From positions 1 through 48,118 of the forward strand of contig URZG01000001.1 in assembly GCA_900552325.1 (NCBI GenBank): DNA of 48,118 bases. The letters run 5' to 3'. The notes below the pieces were generated by a model. It saw nothing but the letters and a program-made list of their open reading frames with translations. It was not told the origin of the DNA and made no database searches. This DNA is from an uncultured Porphyromonadaceae bacterium (GTDB lineage: Bacteria; Bacteroidota; Bacteroidia; Bacteroidales; Muribaculaceae). A program made the position numbers and the translations under genes. Every line of letters begins with the position of its first letter. The stretch's first letter is position 1. Below are positions 28,209 through 37,597 of the stretch, piece after piece.

Positions 28209-28520
28209 TTATTTTCGCGAATCAATCCGGTGCTTTCGGAGGAAAGCGTCGAGGTCGGCGCGGTTGACGTAGATTTTGCGGCCGATCTGCGAGAAGGGAA
28301 TAATGCGCTTGTCGCGGTAGTTTTGCCATGTCTTTGGCGAAACGCCAAGGATTTTCCTCGCATCTTCGGATTCAATCCACTCGCTGTTGGTATCATCTGC
28401 ATTGCGACGGGTAATTAAGTCCATGATGTGCTTCAGCGTATCATGGAGATTTCGCCACTCTTCTTCAGGGATGACAAAAAGAAGTGTCGAGGAGCTGGAG
28501 TTTTGGAGTATGCTTTGCAT
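28209..28520 (-). CDS. Excisionase-like HTH_17 (MerR-type) DNA-binding protein
   Basis: WIESEDARKILGVSPKTWQNYRDKRIIPFSQIGRKIYV. Confidence 0.88.
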   Translation of the reverse strand: MQSILQNSSSSTLLFVIPEEEWRNLHDTLKHIMDLITRRNADDTNSEWIESEDARKILGVSPKTWQNYRDKRIIPFSQIGRKIYVNRADLDAFLRKHRIDSRK

Positions 28521-28559
28521 TCGAGTATTAAGGTTCGGATTCTATCTTTGAAGGGATGG

Positions 28560-29130
28560 AATCGAGTTGATAATTCAGTTGTCTAATTGCTTGACCGCTC
28601 ACTCAACTGAATACACGACTGCTTAACCACACAATCAGTCGGATAAGCAGGCGATTGACTGATTGGTTGAAGTGCTGACTAATCAGAACATCAACCAATC
28701 AATCGGATAATCGCGCAAATGCGCAGTCAGATGATTGGGCGGGCGATTGATTGGGTATGGCTTCAGTCAATTAGGCGAGCGATATTCTGATTGTTCAGTC
28801 GATCGGTCAGTTGCAGTTCTGCCACTTTGGGCATTAGCGATACTGATGTTCTGACTAACCAATCAGTCACGCAATCGCTTGTTTGGCGAGGCAGGCAATC
28901 AACTGAATGGTTGATGCTTTACCCGGTCAATCAAACAGGTGTATAATCAGTTGGGTGAAATGTCGATTGAAGTGCCGGGGGATCGCATGGGCGGCAGCAA
29001 TCGACGGTCAAATGGGCGGTAACATTTACCATCCACGCATAGGTGTGAACCTATAACGCTGAAAATCAACAGTGACTTGACGGGGATTCAGTTGTGCGGC
29101 TGATTGGCTAATCAGTCAATCACCGTCAGG
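28560..29130. repeat. Non-coding degenerate AATCAG/CTGATT repeat array with nested inverted repeats
   Basis: Motif at 28633, 28659, 28681, 28787, 28861, 28945, 29100, 29110; perfect 13-bp (28656-28668/28857-28869) and 11-bp (28683-28693/28844-28854) inverted pairs. Confidence 0.65.
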
Positions 29131-29351
29131 TGTCACAGTATTATTAAGAGACATCTCGTACCATTGACCCGAATTGAGAGCCTCCCGTCGGAGGCATATC
29201 GTGTCGTTGACGTTGCAAAGTAAGGGATTATTTCTCGTTCCGACCAAACATTTTTAGCCGGATATAGCACAAGGTTGTACATGTATATCTCAGTATACAT
29301 TTGATATTTCGTATTCAGTTCCACTCCACAGATGATGGTCACACGACCACA

Positions 29352-29457
29352 GCAAGGTGTCCAAACCGTTACCGTTTGGATTTCGGGCAACTCTGCCGTT
29401 ACCACGAAATGACCTTGCCGTGCCGGGGCTTGGGACTGCTCCGAAGTCGCAGTCCCC
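29352..29457. other. Putative oriT-like site
   Basis: GCAAGGT...ACCTTGC inverted repeat enclosing TCCAAAC/GTTTGGA hairpin and CCGTTACC twice, adjacent GGGACTGC/GCAGTCCC hairpin; resembles Bacteroidales mob-region architecture. Confidence 0.4.
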
Positions 29458-29473
29458 ATGTTTTCTTATAGTT

Positions 29474-32290
29474 TCACAGCCTCAAAGCATCCATTAAGGC
29501 ATTCGCCAAATCAGATGAGACCATGCGGATGACGTTGGTGTCGGCAAGGGAACGGCCCATGAGATTGACGCTGCCGTACCAACCGATACATTGGTCGATG
29601 ATGGCGCATTGCATCTTACTGTCTGGTCGATGAATGATGTTGAAGCCCATCGCCTGAAGTTCGGCTTCCCGATGACCTGTTTCAGAAATGACGATTGTGA
29701 CACTGACACCGCGTAGTAAGGTGGTGGCGAGCAGGTCGATGATTCGAGGTGTCTTATTCCAGCGCAGACGCATTGTCGATATTACGATGCTTTGTTTCGC
29801 TGATGCAAGGTCGTCATGGAATGGTTTTTCAAAATCCGACGCATCGAAGATGGTCTCAGTCGTCGGTTCGGCAAACAATCCTTCGTTAGCGACAGCGATG
29901 GAATAGCCTACAGCTTTGTAACCATGGAGACGCTTGCGATACATCGAATCACAGACCGGAACGCGCAGATCAATGTAGTCGTAGATGCGGGTTTCTTTTT
30001 TACCGGGATAGTTGCGATGCAGTCGTCCGGTGTATTGTGCAATAAGTCCTTTCCACGACACAGGGAGGGCGAGCATCAGAGTGTCAAGCCGCGGAAGGTC
30101 AAATCCTTCTCCTACGTATTTGCCGGTGGCGACAACAATTAAGGGCTCATTCGCCGGAATATCGTTCAGTCGGGACATCACCTCTCGCTTGGCTTTTGCT
30201 GAATCATTGCCTACGAGTCGTATTACATTCGGACAGATTTTGCGACACTGTTTAGTAAGAATGTCAACGTGAGCCGTGCGTGCAGTAAGAATTATCGGAG
30301 TGCGCCCTTCGGCAAGGTTGGAAGCAACATCATCCAGTATGAGCTTATTTCGCGATTCGTTTTCGGTTAACTCTTCGAGAATCTGCGCGTAGTTGCTGCC
30401 ATCGGCATTGAGATTGCGGTGAGAAGTAAAACGCGGGATAAGGAGTCGCCGGAAGGATTGTTGAGCCTGTTGTACTTTGGGATCGGACGTATAACGGATT
30501 TCACCGCATTGCATAAAGATGATTGGTTGATGACCATCCTTGCGTATTGGCGTAGCAGTAAGGCCATAGACATAACGGGCGTTCACCTCACGAAGAACGT
30601 GCTCAAAGTTGAACGCCGGGGCATGATGGCACTCATCAACTATCACCATGCCATATTCTCGCACAAACGGTTTCACCTCATTGTCGTTAATACACGATTG
30701 CAGTAGTGCGATGTCAATATTGCCATTGAGTGTGTTCTCAGTAGATGACAATGCTCCGAATTGTTGGAATTTCTTGCGTCGGCCACGGCCTTTAGGTTGT
30801 TCTTCCGGTTGAAAATCTGTTATCAGGTATTCCGATAGACATTTGCGCCATTGGTCGAGCAAAGCCTTGGTGTGTACCAATATCAGGGTGTTGACTTTCT
30901 TCCGGGCTATCATGGCAGCGGCGGTAACGGTTTTGCCAAAGGCAGTTGTGGCATATAGAGTTCCGCAACGATGCCTGGCAAGTTCCTCAATCGCGTGTTC
31001 TTGCTCAGAATACAGCTGACCATTGAACTCTACCGTAATCGGCATTCCCGGATTAGCCTTATCCTGAATTTCGACATCCACATTATTTTCTCTTAGGAAA
31101 TCTATCGCGGATTCCTCACAACCTCGCGGCAGAATGAGATAATCGTCGGTTATCTCCGAGCATGAGATTATGCGCGGAAGATTATAGACAGGCAGTCGCA
31201 TTCCGAGTTTCGCATAAAATTCAGAATTCTTGAAAGCCGCCAGACGCTTAAGATGATTAACGGCCTTGGCAGACAATCCTTTTGTCGGAATATAAATGCC
31301 GGATGAACGTACGATGGTGAGATGTTTAGGAAAGTCCGCCGTTGACATAGGCTTTGGCAACGGGCGTTCCCATGGCGCGGATTCGCTGGACTTTGACAGT
31401 TCGCCAAGCGGCTCTCGGTCATATCTCGACACTAACTTCTCAACCTCTGCGGCTGTCATCTTCGTCATTCTTTGCAGATATTCCCATTGGTCGGTTAACG
31501 GGATGAAGTCTTCATCAACAAACACGCTGTTACCGTCTTTACGAGCTCTCCCTTGCAGCGGCAAGGCAACGAGATTGCCGAATCCGCCCGTAGGCATAAA
31601 GTCCTGGTTTGGGAAGAAACGGTCGTATGACTTGAACGACATCCGGCCTTCTCGCTCCATAGCTTCTGTCAGAATTGCATTACCCAATCGCCGTGCCGTC
31701 TGAGCTTTGATATGTTCGTCAAACAGAATCCAGACATGAGCGCCATTGCCCGACCGCGACCGCTCTATATAAGCCGGAATTCCCCAGTCGCGGCAAACAC
31801 CGACGTATGCCATAACATCCTTTTGATAACCATGCTCGCAATTCTTGTCATCGAAATCACAACATAGGAATCTGCAGGTATTGTCCGGCAATATGGCATA
31901 TACGCCAACAACATCGCGTCCATTTGGATCCTTCCCTTCGAGGTGACGGTATATGTCACTGTATCCCAAAGGTTGAAATTCGCGGTTCGGACATTCGGCG
32001 CATTTGAATTTTTTCTTATCGCAATACTCACGGCTCCACTCCCGAGCGCACACAGGTTGATAGCCGCTCTTGCCTGTCGTTGGGCTGAACCATCGCCGAG
32101 CAAATACATCCTCGCGCCCCTGAAACAGGTTGCGAAAGAGCGCGACCTTCTCCTCCAAAGATAGCACCGATTTTTGTGGAGACATAGGTTCCGGCTCGTC
32201 AGCTGCAATTCCGTGACAAGCCAGTAACGTCCGCAAGCGTGCATTCTCGGCCCGCAATCGGCTTAGTTCATCAGACATTGTTTCATTCAT
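29474..32290 (-). CDS. AEP primase (TOTE-type) - SF2 DExH helicase fusion with degenerate PLD-like C-terminus
   Basis: Zn-binding Cys cluster, CDFDD, ERSRSGNGAHVW, DRFFPNQD; ATTAFGKT, DECHH, GLTATP, EGFDLPRLD, QYTGRLHR; AIIDQCIGWYGSVN. Confidence 0.85.
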   Translation of the reverse strand: MNETMSDELSRLRAENARLRTLLACHGIAADEPEPMSPQKSVLSLEEKVALFRNLFQGREDVFARRWFSPTTGKSGYQPVCAREWSREYCDKKKFKCAECPNREFQPLGYSDIYRHLEGKDPNGRDVVGVYAILPDNTCRFLCCDFDDKNCEHGYQKDVMAYVGVCRDWGIPAYIERSRSGNGAHVWILFDEHIKAQTARRLGNAILTEAMEREGRMSFKSYDRFFPNQDFMPTGGFGNLVALPLQGRARKDGNSVFVDEDFIPLTDQWEYLQRMTKMTAAEVEKLVSRYDREPLGELSKSSESAPWERPLPKPMSTADFPKHLTIVRSSGIYIPTKGLSAKAVNHLKRLAAFKNSEFYAKLGMRLPVYNLPRIISCSEITDDYLILPRGCEESAIDFLRENNVDVEIQDKANPGMPITVEFNGQLYSEQEHAIEELARHRCGTLYATTAFGKTVTAAAMIARKKVNTLILVHTKALLDQWRKCLSEYLITDFQPEEQPKGRGRRKKFQQFGALSSTENTLNGNIDIALLQSCINDNEVKPFVREYGMVIVDECHHAPAFNFEHVLREVNARYVYGLTATPIRKDGHQPIIFMQCGEIRYTSDPKVQQAQQSFRRLLIPRFTSHRNLNADGSNYAQILEELTENESRNKLILDDVASNLAEGRTPIILTARTAHVDILTKQCRKICPNVIRLVGNDSAKAKREVMSRLNDIPANEPLIVVATGKYVGEGFDLPRLDTLMLALPVSWKGLIAQYTGRLHRNYPGKKETRIYDYIDLRVPVCDSMYRKRLHGYKAVGYSIAVANEGLFAEPTTETIFDASDFEKPFHDDLASAKQSIVISTMRLRWNKTPRIIDLLATTLLRGVSVTIVISETGHREAELQAMGFNIIHRPDSKMQCAIIDQCIGWYGSVNLMGRSLADTNVIRMVSSDLANALMDALRL

Positions 32291-32360
32291 AAGAATATAC
32301 TCTGACCGTCAGGGCTATATTCCCTCAGATTACTTTGAATTCAGTATAAGTTACATAATA

Positions 32361-32373
32361 TCAGAGGGCTATA
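32361..32373. repeat. 13-bp direct repeat, left of Schlafen gene
   Basis: TCAGAGGGCTATA, identical to 34125-34137. Confidence 0.75.
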
Positions 32374-32382
32374 TTTTGCCAA

Positions 32383-34023
32383 TTAACCATTGTTAACAAA
32401 GGTGTAAGTCGTTCCTCTACCAATCCCGGATTTAGAAAGCACTGTTCCGATCAACTTTTCTATTTTAGTGCGAACCTGCTTGAGGGTCAATTCACCGTCC
32501 CATTCGCTAATAAAAGACGACATGGATTTAGGACCATCCGCTAGAATATAATGCAGGCGACGTAGAGTATCAGAGTCAATCTGCCCTTTGAGAACAAAAG
32601 GACTATGCTCGAAGTATGAATTGCCCATTTCGTATTCGTACTTTGGATGCCGTATTATTATCCCTTCATCAAGCAATCTCTTAATAGATCGTGGATGAAT
32701 GCCGTTACCATCATTATGAATAATGGAATATATCGTTATCAAATCGAACACATTGAGTTGCTCCTCTGGCTTGCGAGTGTTTCTAAGATTCATTAAAAAT
32801 CTTCTCAACTGTGGATTTTCGATTCTGGATTCTATCCTTAATTTTACCTGAAAGTCATCGGACTCCCCGTAATCCGGCATGGGCCGTCCTTCTGTGATGC
32901 AATTTGCAAACATAATGTCTACTCCCTGGCCCGATCGTTCTATCAAACCGGCTTTTTCGATAACTTCAGCCAATCTGCGACTGCGCGGTGAGCTATTAAC
33001 AGTCAAGATATTCCCTTGGTTGACGCCATAAGGAAAGCCGCCAGCGTTAGATACCTCTAATGCCTCAGGGGACACCTTTATCATTATGTCTCCTCCCATC
33101 TGAAAACTACGGTGCTGGATACTATTGAGTATCGCCTCTCGAATTGTCTCTTCAGTGTAGGAGGGAATATCCAGAATCTGAGGAAAGGCATCAATGTGCA
33201 TGAGGGGATTAATCGCATCCTGGTTGATATAGCACCATACCTTGTCAATACTAAGAAACAATGGTTCACAAAATTCCTGTCGGGCAGAATAACGAGTTTG
33301 ATTTTCTGTCACACGATATTCGACAATAAGGTTGTTTTGAGGAAGATGCTTCTTGATTGTTTCACTCTTGCCAAGCAATATCAAGGCTGCATATGTAATT
33401 CCGTCATCCGTAATCAATGCTAAATCGGATAGCAACTGATTTGCCGGTATAGTCAGAACTTCTGGGTTATTGCGCTTTTGATGGATGAGCCTACGCATTT
33501 GGATCATAGCCTCCTCCGACAGGTCTTCCATGGAAAGGCCTTTGCAAATACGGGCAGAGAAATCCGGGTCTTGTTCTTGTAGTATGGAGAAATATTCCTG
33601 ATCATCCATCTCGCGCAGACTCTCACCTACTCGCATTAGCGGGACTCCCTCAAATCGCATTGCTTTCCCAATCGGTCGAGATGGAATATTGATAACCAAT
33701 ACGCGATTTTTCATTTCATCGTAGAGTTCCTCGCAGTGAACCCTGATATATAGGCGTCTATATATTTCATCTTCCAGTTCACCGACTTTGTCTTTAGCGA
33801 AATCGGTTCCTACTACTTCATGTGGCATTTTATCTGCCATCCCCAGGACTAATCTGCCACCTCTTTCATTGGCAAACGCAACAACGTACCCAAGAACACA
33901 CTTGCGTCGTTCTTTAACATCATTATGACTTCCTCCGGCAAAGGGATAGTTATGTTTTGCTTCTTTGAATTCTATGTGGTCTTCGCGTTCTCTAAGAACT
34001 GCAAGCTGAGATATCTCTGTCAT
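32383..34023 (-). CDS. Schlafen/AlbA_2 domain + HATPase_c_4 (RecG_C-like) + wHTH protein
   Basis: EDHIEFKEAK, VAFANERGGRLVLG, IREAILNSIQHR, VSNAGG, IERSGQGVD, GIGRGTTY; ATG 34023 just downstream of TATATTTG (34039-34046). Confidence 0.85.
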   Translation of the reverse strand: MTEISQLAVLREREDHIEFKEAKHNYPFAGGSHNDVKERRKCVLGYVVAFANERGGRLVLGMADKMPHEVVGTDFAKDKVGELEDEIYRRLYIRVHCEELYDEMKNRVLVINIPSRPIGKAMRFEGVPLMRVGESLREMDDQEYFSILQEQDPDFSARICKGLSMEDLSEEAMIQMRRLIHQKRNNPEVLTIPANQLLSDLALITDDGITYAALILLGKSETIKKHLPQNNLIVEYRVTENQTRYSARQEFCEPLFLSIDKVWCYINQDAINPLMHIDAFPQILDIPSYTEETIREAILNSIQHRSFQMGGDIMIKVSPEALEVSNAGGFPYGVNQGNILTVNSSPRSRRLAEVIEKAGLIERSGQGVDIMFANCITEGRPMPDYGESDDFQVKLRIESRIENPQLRRFLMNLRNTRKPEEQLNVFDLITIYSIIHNDGNGIHPRSIKRLLDEGIIIRHPKYEYEMGNSYFEHSPFVLKGQIDSDTLRRLHYILADGPKSMSSFISEWDGELTLKQVRTKIEKLIGTVLSKSGIGRGTTYTFVNNG

Positions 34024-34124
34024 GTCGATATTTTTTTGCAAATATAATCGAAATTTCTCAAAGGGCGAAATCTGCAGGCTAAAACTGCTACCAATTCATT
34101 AAAACAATCTTTTTAAGCTATTAC

Positions 34125-34137
34125 TCAGAGGGCTATA
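34125..34137. repeat. 13-bp direct repeat, right of Schlafen gene
   Basis: TCAGAGGGCTATA, 6 bp beyond the integrase stop codon. Confidence 0.75.
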
Positions 34138-34143
34138 AATATA

Positions 34144-35556
34144 TTATTTGTTGATTGCGGAAATTACGGCCATGATTTGTTCCGGCGGCATACCTTTGAG
34201 TAGCTCGACCGCCTGTTGAACTCGTTCCTCGTCGGTCAAGCCATCGGCACCAACCATCTTCTTTTTGAATAGCGAGCGAAGGGTATTGTCGGTCTTTGTT
34301 GTATCAAAGCTGCCCATATAGCGCTCTGTGGTCGCGAGGTTGCTATGCCCCAGAATATTCTTGATAGCGGAACTCTCGGCGCCGGATTCCTGAGCAATGT
34401 GAGCAAAAGCATGGCGACTGATGTGCATAGTGAGATTGGTAGTAATCTCGGCCTTCTCTGCAATCTTCTTGAGATACTTGTTTATTAAGGCATTTTTAGC
34501 CGAGATCTGCTGATAGAGTTGATGACGCAATTCCGGCTTCATACGGTCTTTGTCGGCTTGTGAAACGAATTTAGCATAATGTGCCTCGTTGTCAAGCAAA
34601 GGGAAAATATAATCATCCGGCTTGACATCCTCGCGGTGATAGTGACCGAGGATTTCAAGGGCCTGCTCGACAAGAACGAGGTCTCGGTCTTTGTGGTTTT
34701 TGCCCATCTGATAGTGCAGTCGTCCATTCTCTGTGACGTTTCGCCAACGAAGCTGAATCAGGTCAGCTGCACGAATACCGGCGCAATAGTAGCTGAACAG
34801 GAAATAATTCTTACAGTGCCATATTAGCGATCCTTCTTCAAGTTCAAGCGCAATAATGCGCTCCATCTCCGTATCGCTCAACTTTTCTTTCGTCGTCTTC
34901 ACGCCCTTGTATTTGAATACGAGGAAGGGATCCTTCGATGCCTCCATTATGCCGACCTCGATTGCTCGATGAACAAGTGTACGCAAAATGTTAAACTGAA
35001 CTTCGATTGTGTTAGGATGGAGCAATTTGCCCGGTTCACGTTCATTCTCCCATTTGTGGAGGAAGTTGTCAAAGCGGGTCAACAAATCAACAGTCAGGTC
35101 ATCGACGGTTATATCAGCCATACGGCGTTTCTTGCGGAAGGCATCGAGCTTATTGATGAGGCCACAATACTTGCGCCAGTTTCTCCATCCCCCATTATCA
35201 TAAATCATTTGCGCACGTTCACGAGCAAACGCCATAAAAGACGGCGACACATATTCAGCATCCAAATTCTTTATAACCTTAGCGGATGAAACATCACCAT
35301 CTGACGCTAATTCCTGATAAGTTTCATTGGCTTGCACAAGCATCAGGCGCAACTGCTCATTGAGGACTTTAGCCTCAGGAACATTCGCACGAATCCAATT
35401 GTTTCCCTTACATTGAGGATTGAAATCATCAATGCGCTTCAACTGAATCCCTGTTTTCTTCTTTGTGCGTTTGCCCGCAGCCGTGACCATCAGATAAAGA
35501 TTATAAGTCTTATTGCGTGTCGGCTTATGGTCGAGTTCAAATCTAAATGTTGCCAT
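34144..35556 (-). CDS. Tyrosine integrase (arm-binding, SAM-like and catalytic domains)
   Basis: Catalytic residues in GIRAADL, MGKNHK, HISRH, LGHS, TERY; adjacent to attR. Confidence 0.95.
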   Translation of the reverse strand: MATFRFELDHKPTRNKTYNLYLMVTAAGKRTKKKTGIQLKRIDDFNPQCKGNNWIRANVPEAKVLNEQLRLMLVQANETYQELASDGDVSSAKVIKNLDAEYVSPSFMAFARERAQMIYDNGGWRNWRKYCGLINKLDAFRKKRRMADITVDDLTVDLLTRFDNFLHKWENEREPGKLLHPNTIEVQFNILRTLVHRAIEVGIMEASKDPFLVFKYKGVKTTKEKLSDTEMERIIALELEEGSLIWHCKNYFLFSYYCAGIRAADLIQLRWRNVTENGRLHYQMGKNHKDRDLVLVEQALEILGHYHREDVKPDDYIFPLLDNEAHYAKFVSQADKDRMKPELRHQLYQQISAKNALINKYLKKIAEKAEITTNLTMHISRHAFAHIAQESGAESSAIKNILGHSNLATTERYMGSFDTTKTDNTLRSLFKKKMVGADGLTDEERVQQAVELLKGMPPEQIMAVISAINK

Positions 35557-35606
35557 CTCTCGGAGAGTATAAAAGTTTCACTCTGCAAAGATACGACGAA
35601 TAAATT

Positions 35607-35627
35607 TTACGTGCAATTTTACGTGCA
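35607..35627. repeat. Putative integrase arm-type sites (right)
   Basis: TTACGTGCA twice (35607, 35619). Confidence 0.7.
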
Positions 35628-35742
35628 AAAATCTTACTTTTCCTTACGCCGAAAGAAATTCAAATGATAAACTTACTGTTATATTTATTTGATAATCAAC
35701 GCAATTAAAATGTAATTAAAGATATTTGAAGGTGATATCAGT

Positions 35743-35759
35743 AGTTCTGTTCTGGGCAC
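35743..35759 (+). repeat. attR core of element 1, probable left junction of element 2
   Basis: AGTTCTGTTCTGGGCAC, duplicate of the tRNA-Leu 3' end. Confidence 0.88.
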
Positions 35760-35932
35760 AAAATCAACCCCTTAACTCATTGTAGTTTAGGGGTTTTTGT
35801 ATTGTTTAGGTATAAACAGGGTATAAACAAACAACACATACCCTCTTTTTCCACCTCCACACGACACAAAAAATGGGCATCCCCTTTCAGAGATACCCAC
35901 GCTATACAATACCATAAACGTTTAAATTATGG

Positions 35933-36190
35933 TTATTGATTATATTGCTCAACCACTGTTTTTGCAGCTTCGATATACGTTGTAAGGTCATCAATAAGAT
36001 TAAATGCTCCATATAAAAAGGCAATGAATGCGCACAGAAAGCCCAATGCACATGACATTAGCCATTGACGCTTACCTCCTTTTCTTATTATGGTAAATCT
36101 CCATAGTAGTGTACTCATTATAAACCCAAAGATAGGACAGAAGGCTATCCAAAATATTATCTTACTCGTTATCTCTTTTTCAATATCCAT
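35933..36190 (-). CDS. Small two-TM hypothetical protein
   Basis: Two hydrophobic segments; overlaps upstream ORF in a same-strand cluster. Confidence 0.5.
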   Translation of the reverse strand: MDIEKEITSKIIFWIAFCPIFGFIMSTLLWRFTIIRKGGKRQWLMSCALGFLCAFIAFLYGAFNLIDDLTTYIEAAKTVVEQYNQ

Positions 36191-36549
36191 CTTACCAAAT
36201 TATATATGTATCCGCCAAATATGGTTGTAAAACCAGTTAAGATTATTACTCGGTTGTTATATCTTTCAAGAAAATAGAATAAATCCAACTGTGAAAGTAT
36301 CAATACCTCTATTATACATATCACCAACCAACATACCCATCCTTTGATATTTAGAACACAAATAAATCTATATATTACTCTTAAGAGTGTTCGTATTGCT
36401 TCAATAGATTCTGAAAATACATTCGAGTCATTATTTGGGGGCAATGGAGGAGGTGTAGATGACACATCATCCCTTAATGGCTGTCCACATTTTGAACAGA
36501 ACAAATCAGATTCGTTTATTGGTGTTCCACAATTATGACAGTACTTCAT
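36169..36549 (-). CDS. Zinc-ribbon domain membrane protein
   Basis: YCHNCG..FCSKCG, Pro-rich linker, two TM helices. Confidence 0.75.
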   Translation of the reverse strand: MKYCHNCGTPINESDLFCSKCGQPLRDDVSSTPPPLPPNNDSNVFSESIEAIRTLLRVIYRFICVLNIKGWVCWLVICIIEVLILSQLDLFYFLERYNNRVIILTGFTTIFGGYIYNLVRWILKKR

Positions 36550-36621
36550 TGCGTTTAATAATATGATTATTTCTTTCTTTAAGAATCTGGATTAAGCTTT
36601 TGTTAGTAAGAACGATGATAT

Positions 36622-36897
36622 TTAATCAGCATCAAACATTCTTGTTTCTATCTTATCCAACTTTGCCTTTTGTTGTTCGGTAAGTTTATTTTCTCTATTT
36701 AACTCATTCATCACAACCCAATATTTTCCCATCTTGTCTTTTATTGCTTCAGCATCGTGCATTCTCCCTTTCCTAATATTCTCAACATAGTCATCACATA
36801 AAGAATCCAACTTCTCAATGTTAGAGTCAATGTTTGAGCATGATATGAGCAGAAAACAAAATAAAGGGAATATACGGTTATGATACTTTATCTTCAT
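36622..36897 (-). CDS. Small hypothetical lipoprotein
   Basis: Signal peptide with LLISC lipobox. Confidence 0.6.
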   Translation of the reverse strand: MKIKYHNRIFPLFCFLLISCSNIDSNIEKLDSLCDDYVENIRKGRMHDAEAIKDKMGKYWVVMNELNRENKLTEQQKAKLDKIETRMFDAD

Positions 36898-36904
36898 ATC
36901 TGTA

Positions 36905-37549
36905 TTAGTTATTTAATTTTTCAAACGCCTCTCCCAAAATAGACATATCATCTATTTGAAACGTATATGTACTTGGCACTACGCCCTCTCTTTCATCGCT
37001 AAAATAGAATTTCAAGGTTTTATCTCCGTCATAGCCTACAGGACTAACCATATATCCCCATCCAACATCATGAGGCCTTAATGTGGCAATTCCATTAGAA
37101 TCAAAACTTAACCCAATTATGCCATCACAGTATTCTCCTGAGGGATATTTCTTTCCTCTTATTTTCCCATGTAAATATTCTCTCTTTACCAAATGGCTAT
37201 TATATTCAGCAAACTTAAAATACATGGTGATATCCTTATCCACACTTAGTATCACTCTTAAATCCTCATTAGTGGAGGCACTATTTGAGAATTTACCCTC
37301 TATCATAGTTTGAAGAAATTTTTCTCCCGTAGGTGATTCAAATTCATCTACAAACTCCTTTTCTTCCCAAATTGAAATAACATCTTCATCAGTTTTTACA
37401 GTTGTGTCGTTATCCTTAGCTGCGTGATTGGAGGTGCAACATACCAAGGAAAGTGCCAGGCTACATCCAAGAGCCACAAAAAGAGAAAGCACACATCCAA
37501 TCTTAGGAGGTCTACTTCTTCCAACTCTGAAAATTACAGGATTTTTCAT
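36905..37549 (-). CDS. Hypothetical exported protein / lipoprotein
   Basis: Hydrophobic N-region ending LSLVCC; FVDEF..PTG and GKFSNSASTNEDL motifs. Confidence 0.7.
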   Translation of the reverse strand: MKNPVIFRVGRSRPPKIGCVLSLFVALGCSLALSLVCCTSNHAAKDNDTTVKTDEDVISIWEEKEFVDEFESPTGEKFLQTMIEGKFSNSASTNEDLRVILSVDKDITMYFKFAEYNSHLVKREYLHGKIRGKKYPSGEYCDGIIGLSFDSNGIATLRPHDVGWGYMVSPVGYDGDKTLKFYFSDEREGVVPSTYTFQIDDMSILGEAFEKLNN

Positions 37550-37597
37550 CGGGTATGGTCTATTTTAGTTATTTGCAATATTGCCGCTCTCTATTAT

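Larger units (their letters stand above)
16641..35759. mobile_element. Integrative element / defence island in tRNA-Leu (about 19 kb)
   Basis: Direct repeat CTGTTCTGGGCAC at 16641-16653 and 35747-35759; tyrosine integrase next to right att; excisionase; lower GC than flanks. Confidence 0.9.

Noticed and set aside
28560..29130. Repeat array as CRISPR or as the RT's template RNA
   Set aside because: Motifs are short, degenerate and in both orientations; the region is 9 kb from the RT and tied to xis.
29133..29459. 108-aa ORF
   Set aside because: Overlaps hairpins, the oriT-like structure and a promoter-like motif; no recognisable domain; likely spurious.
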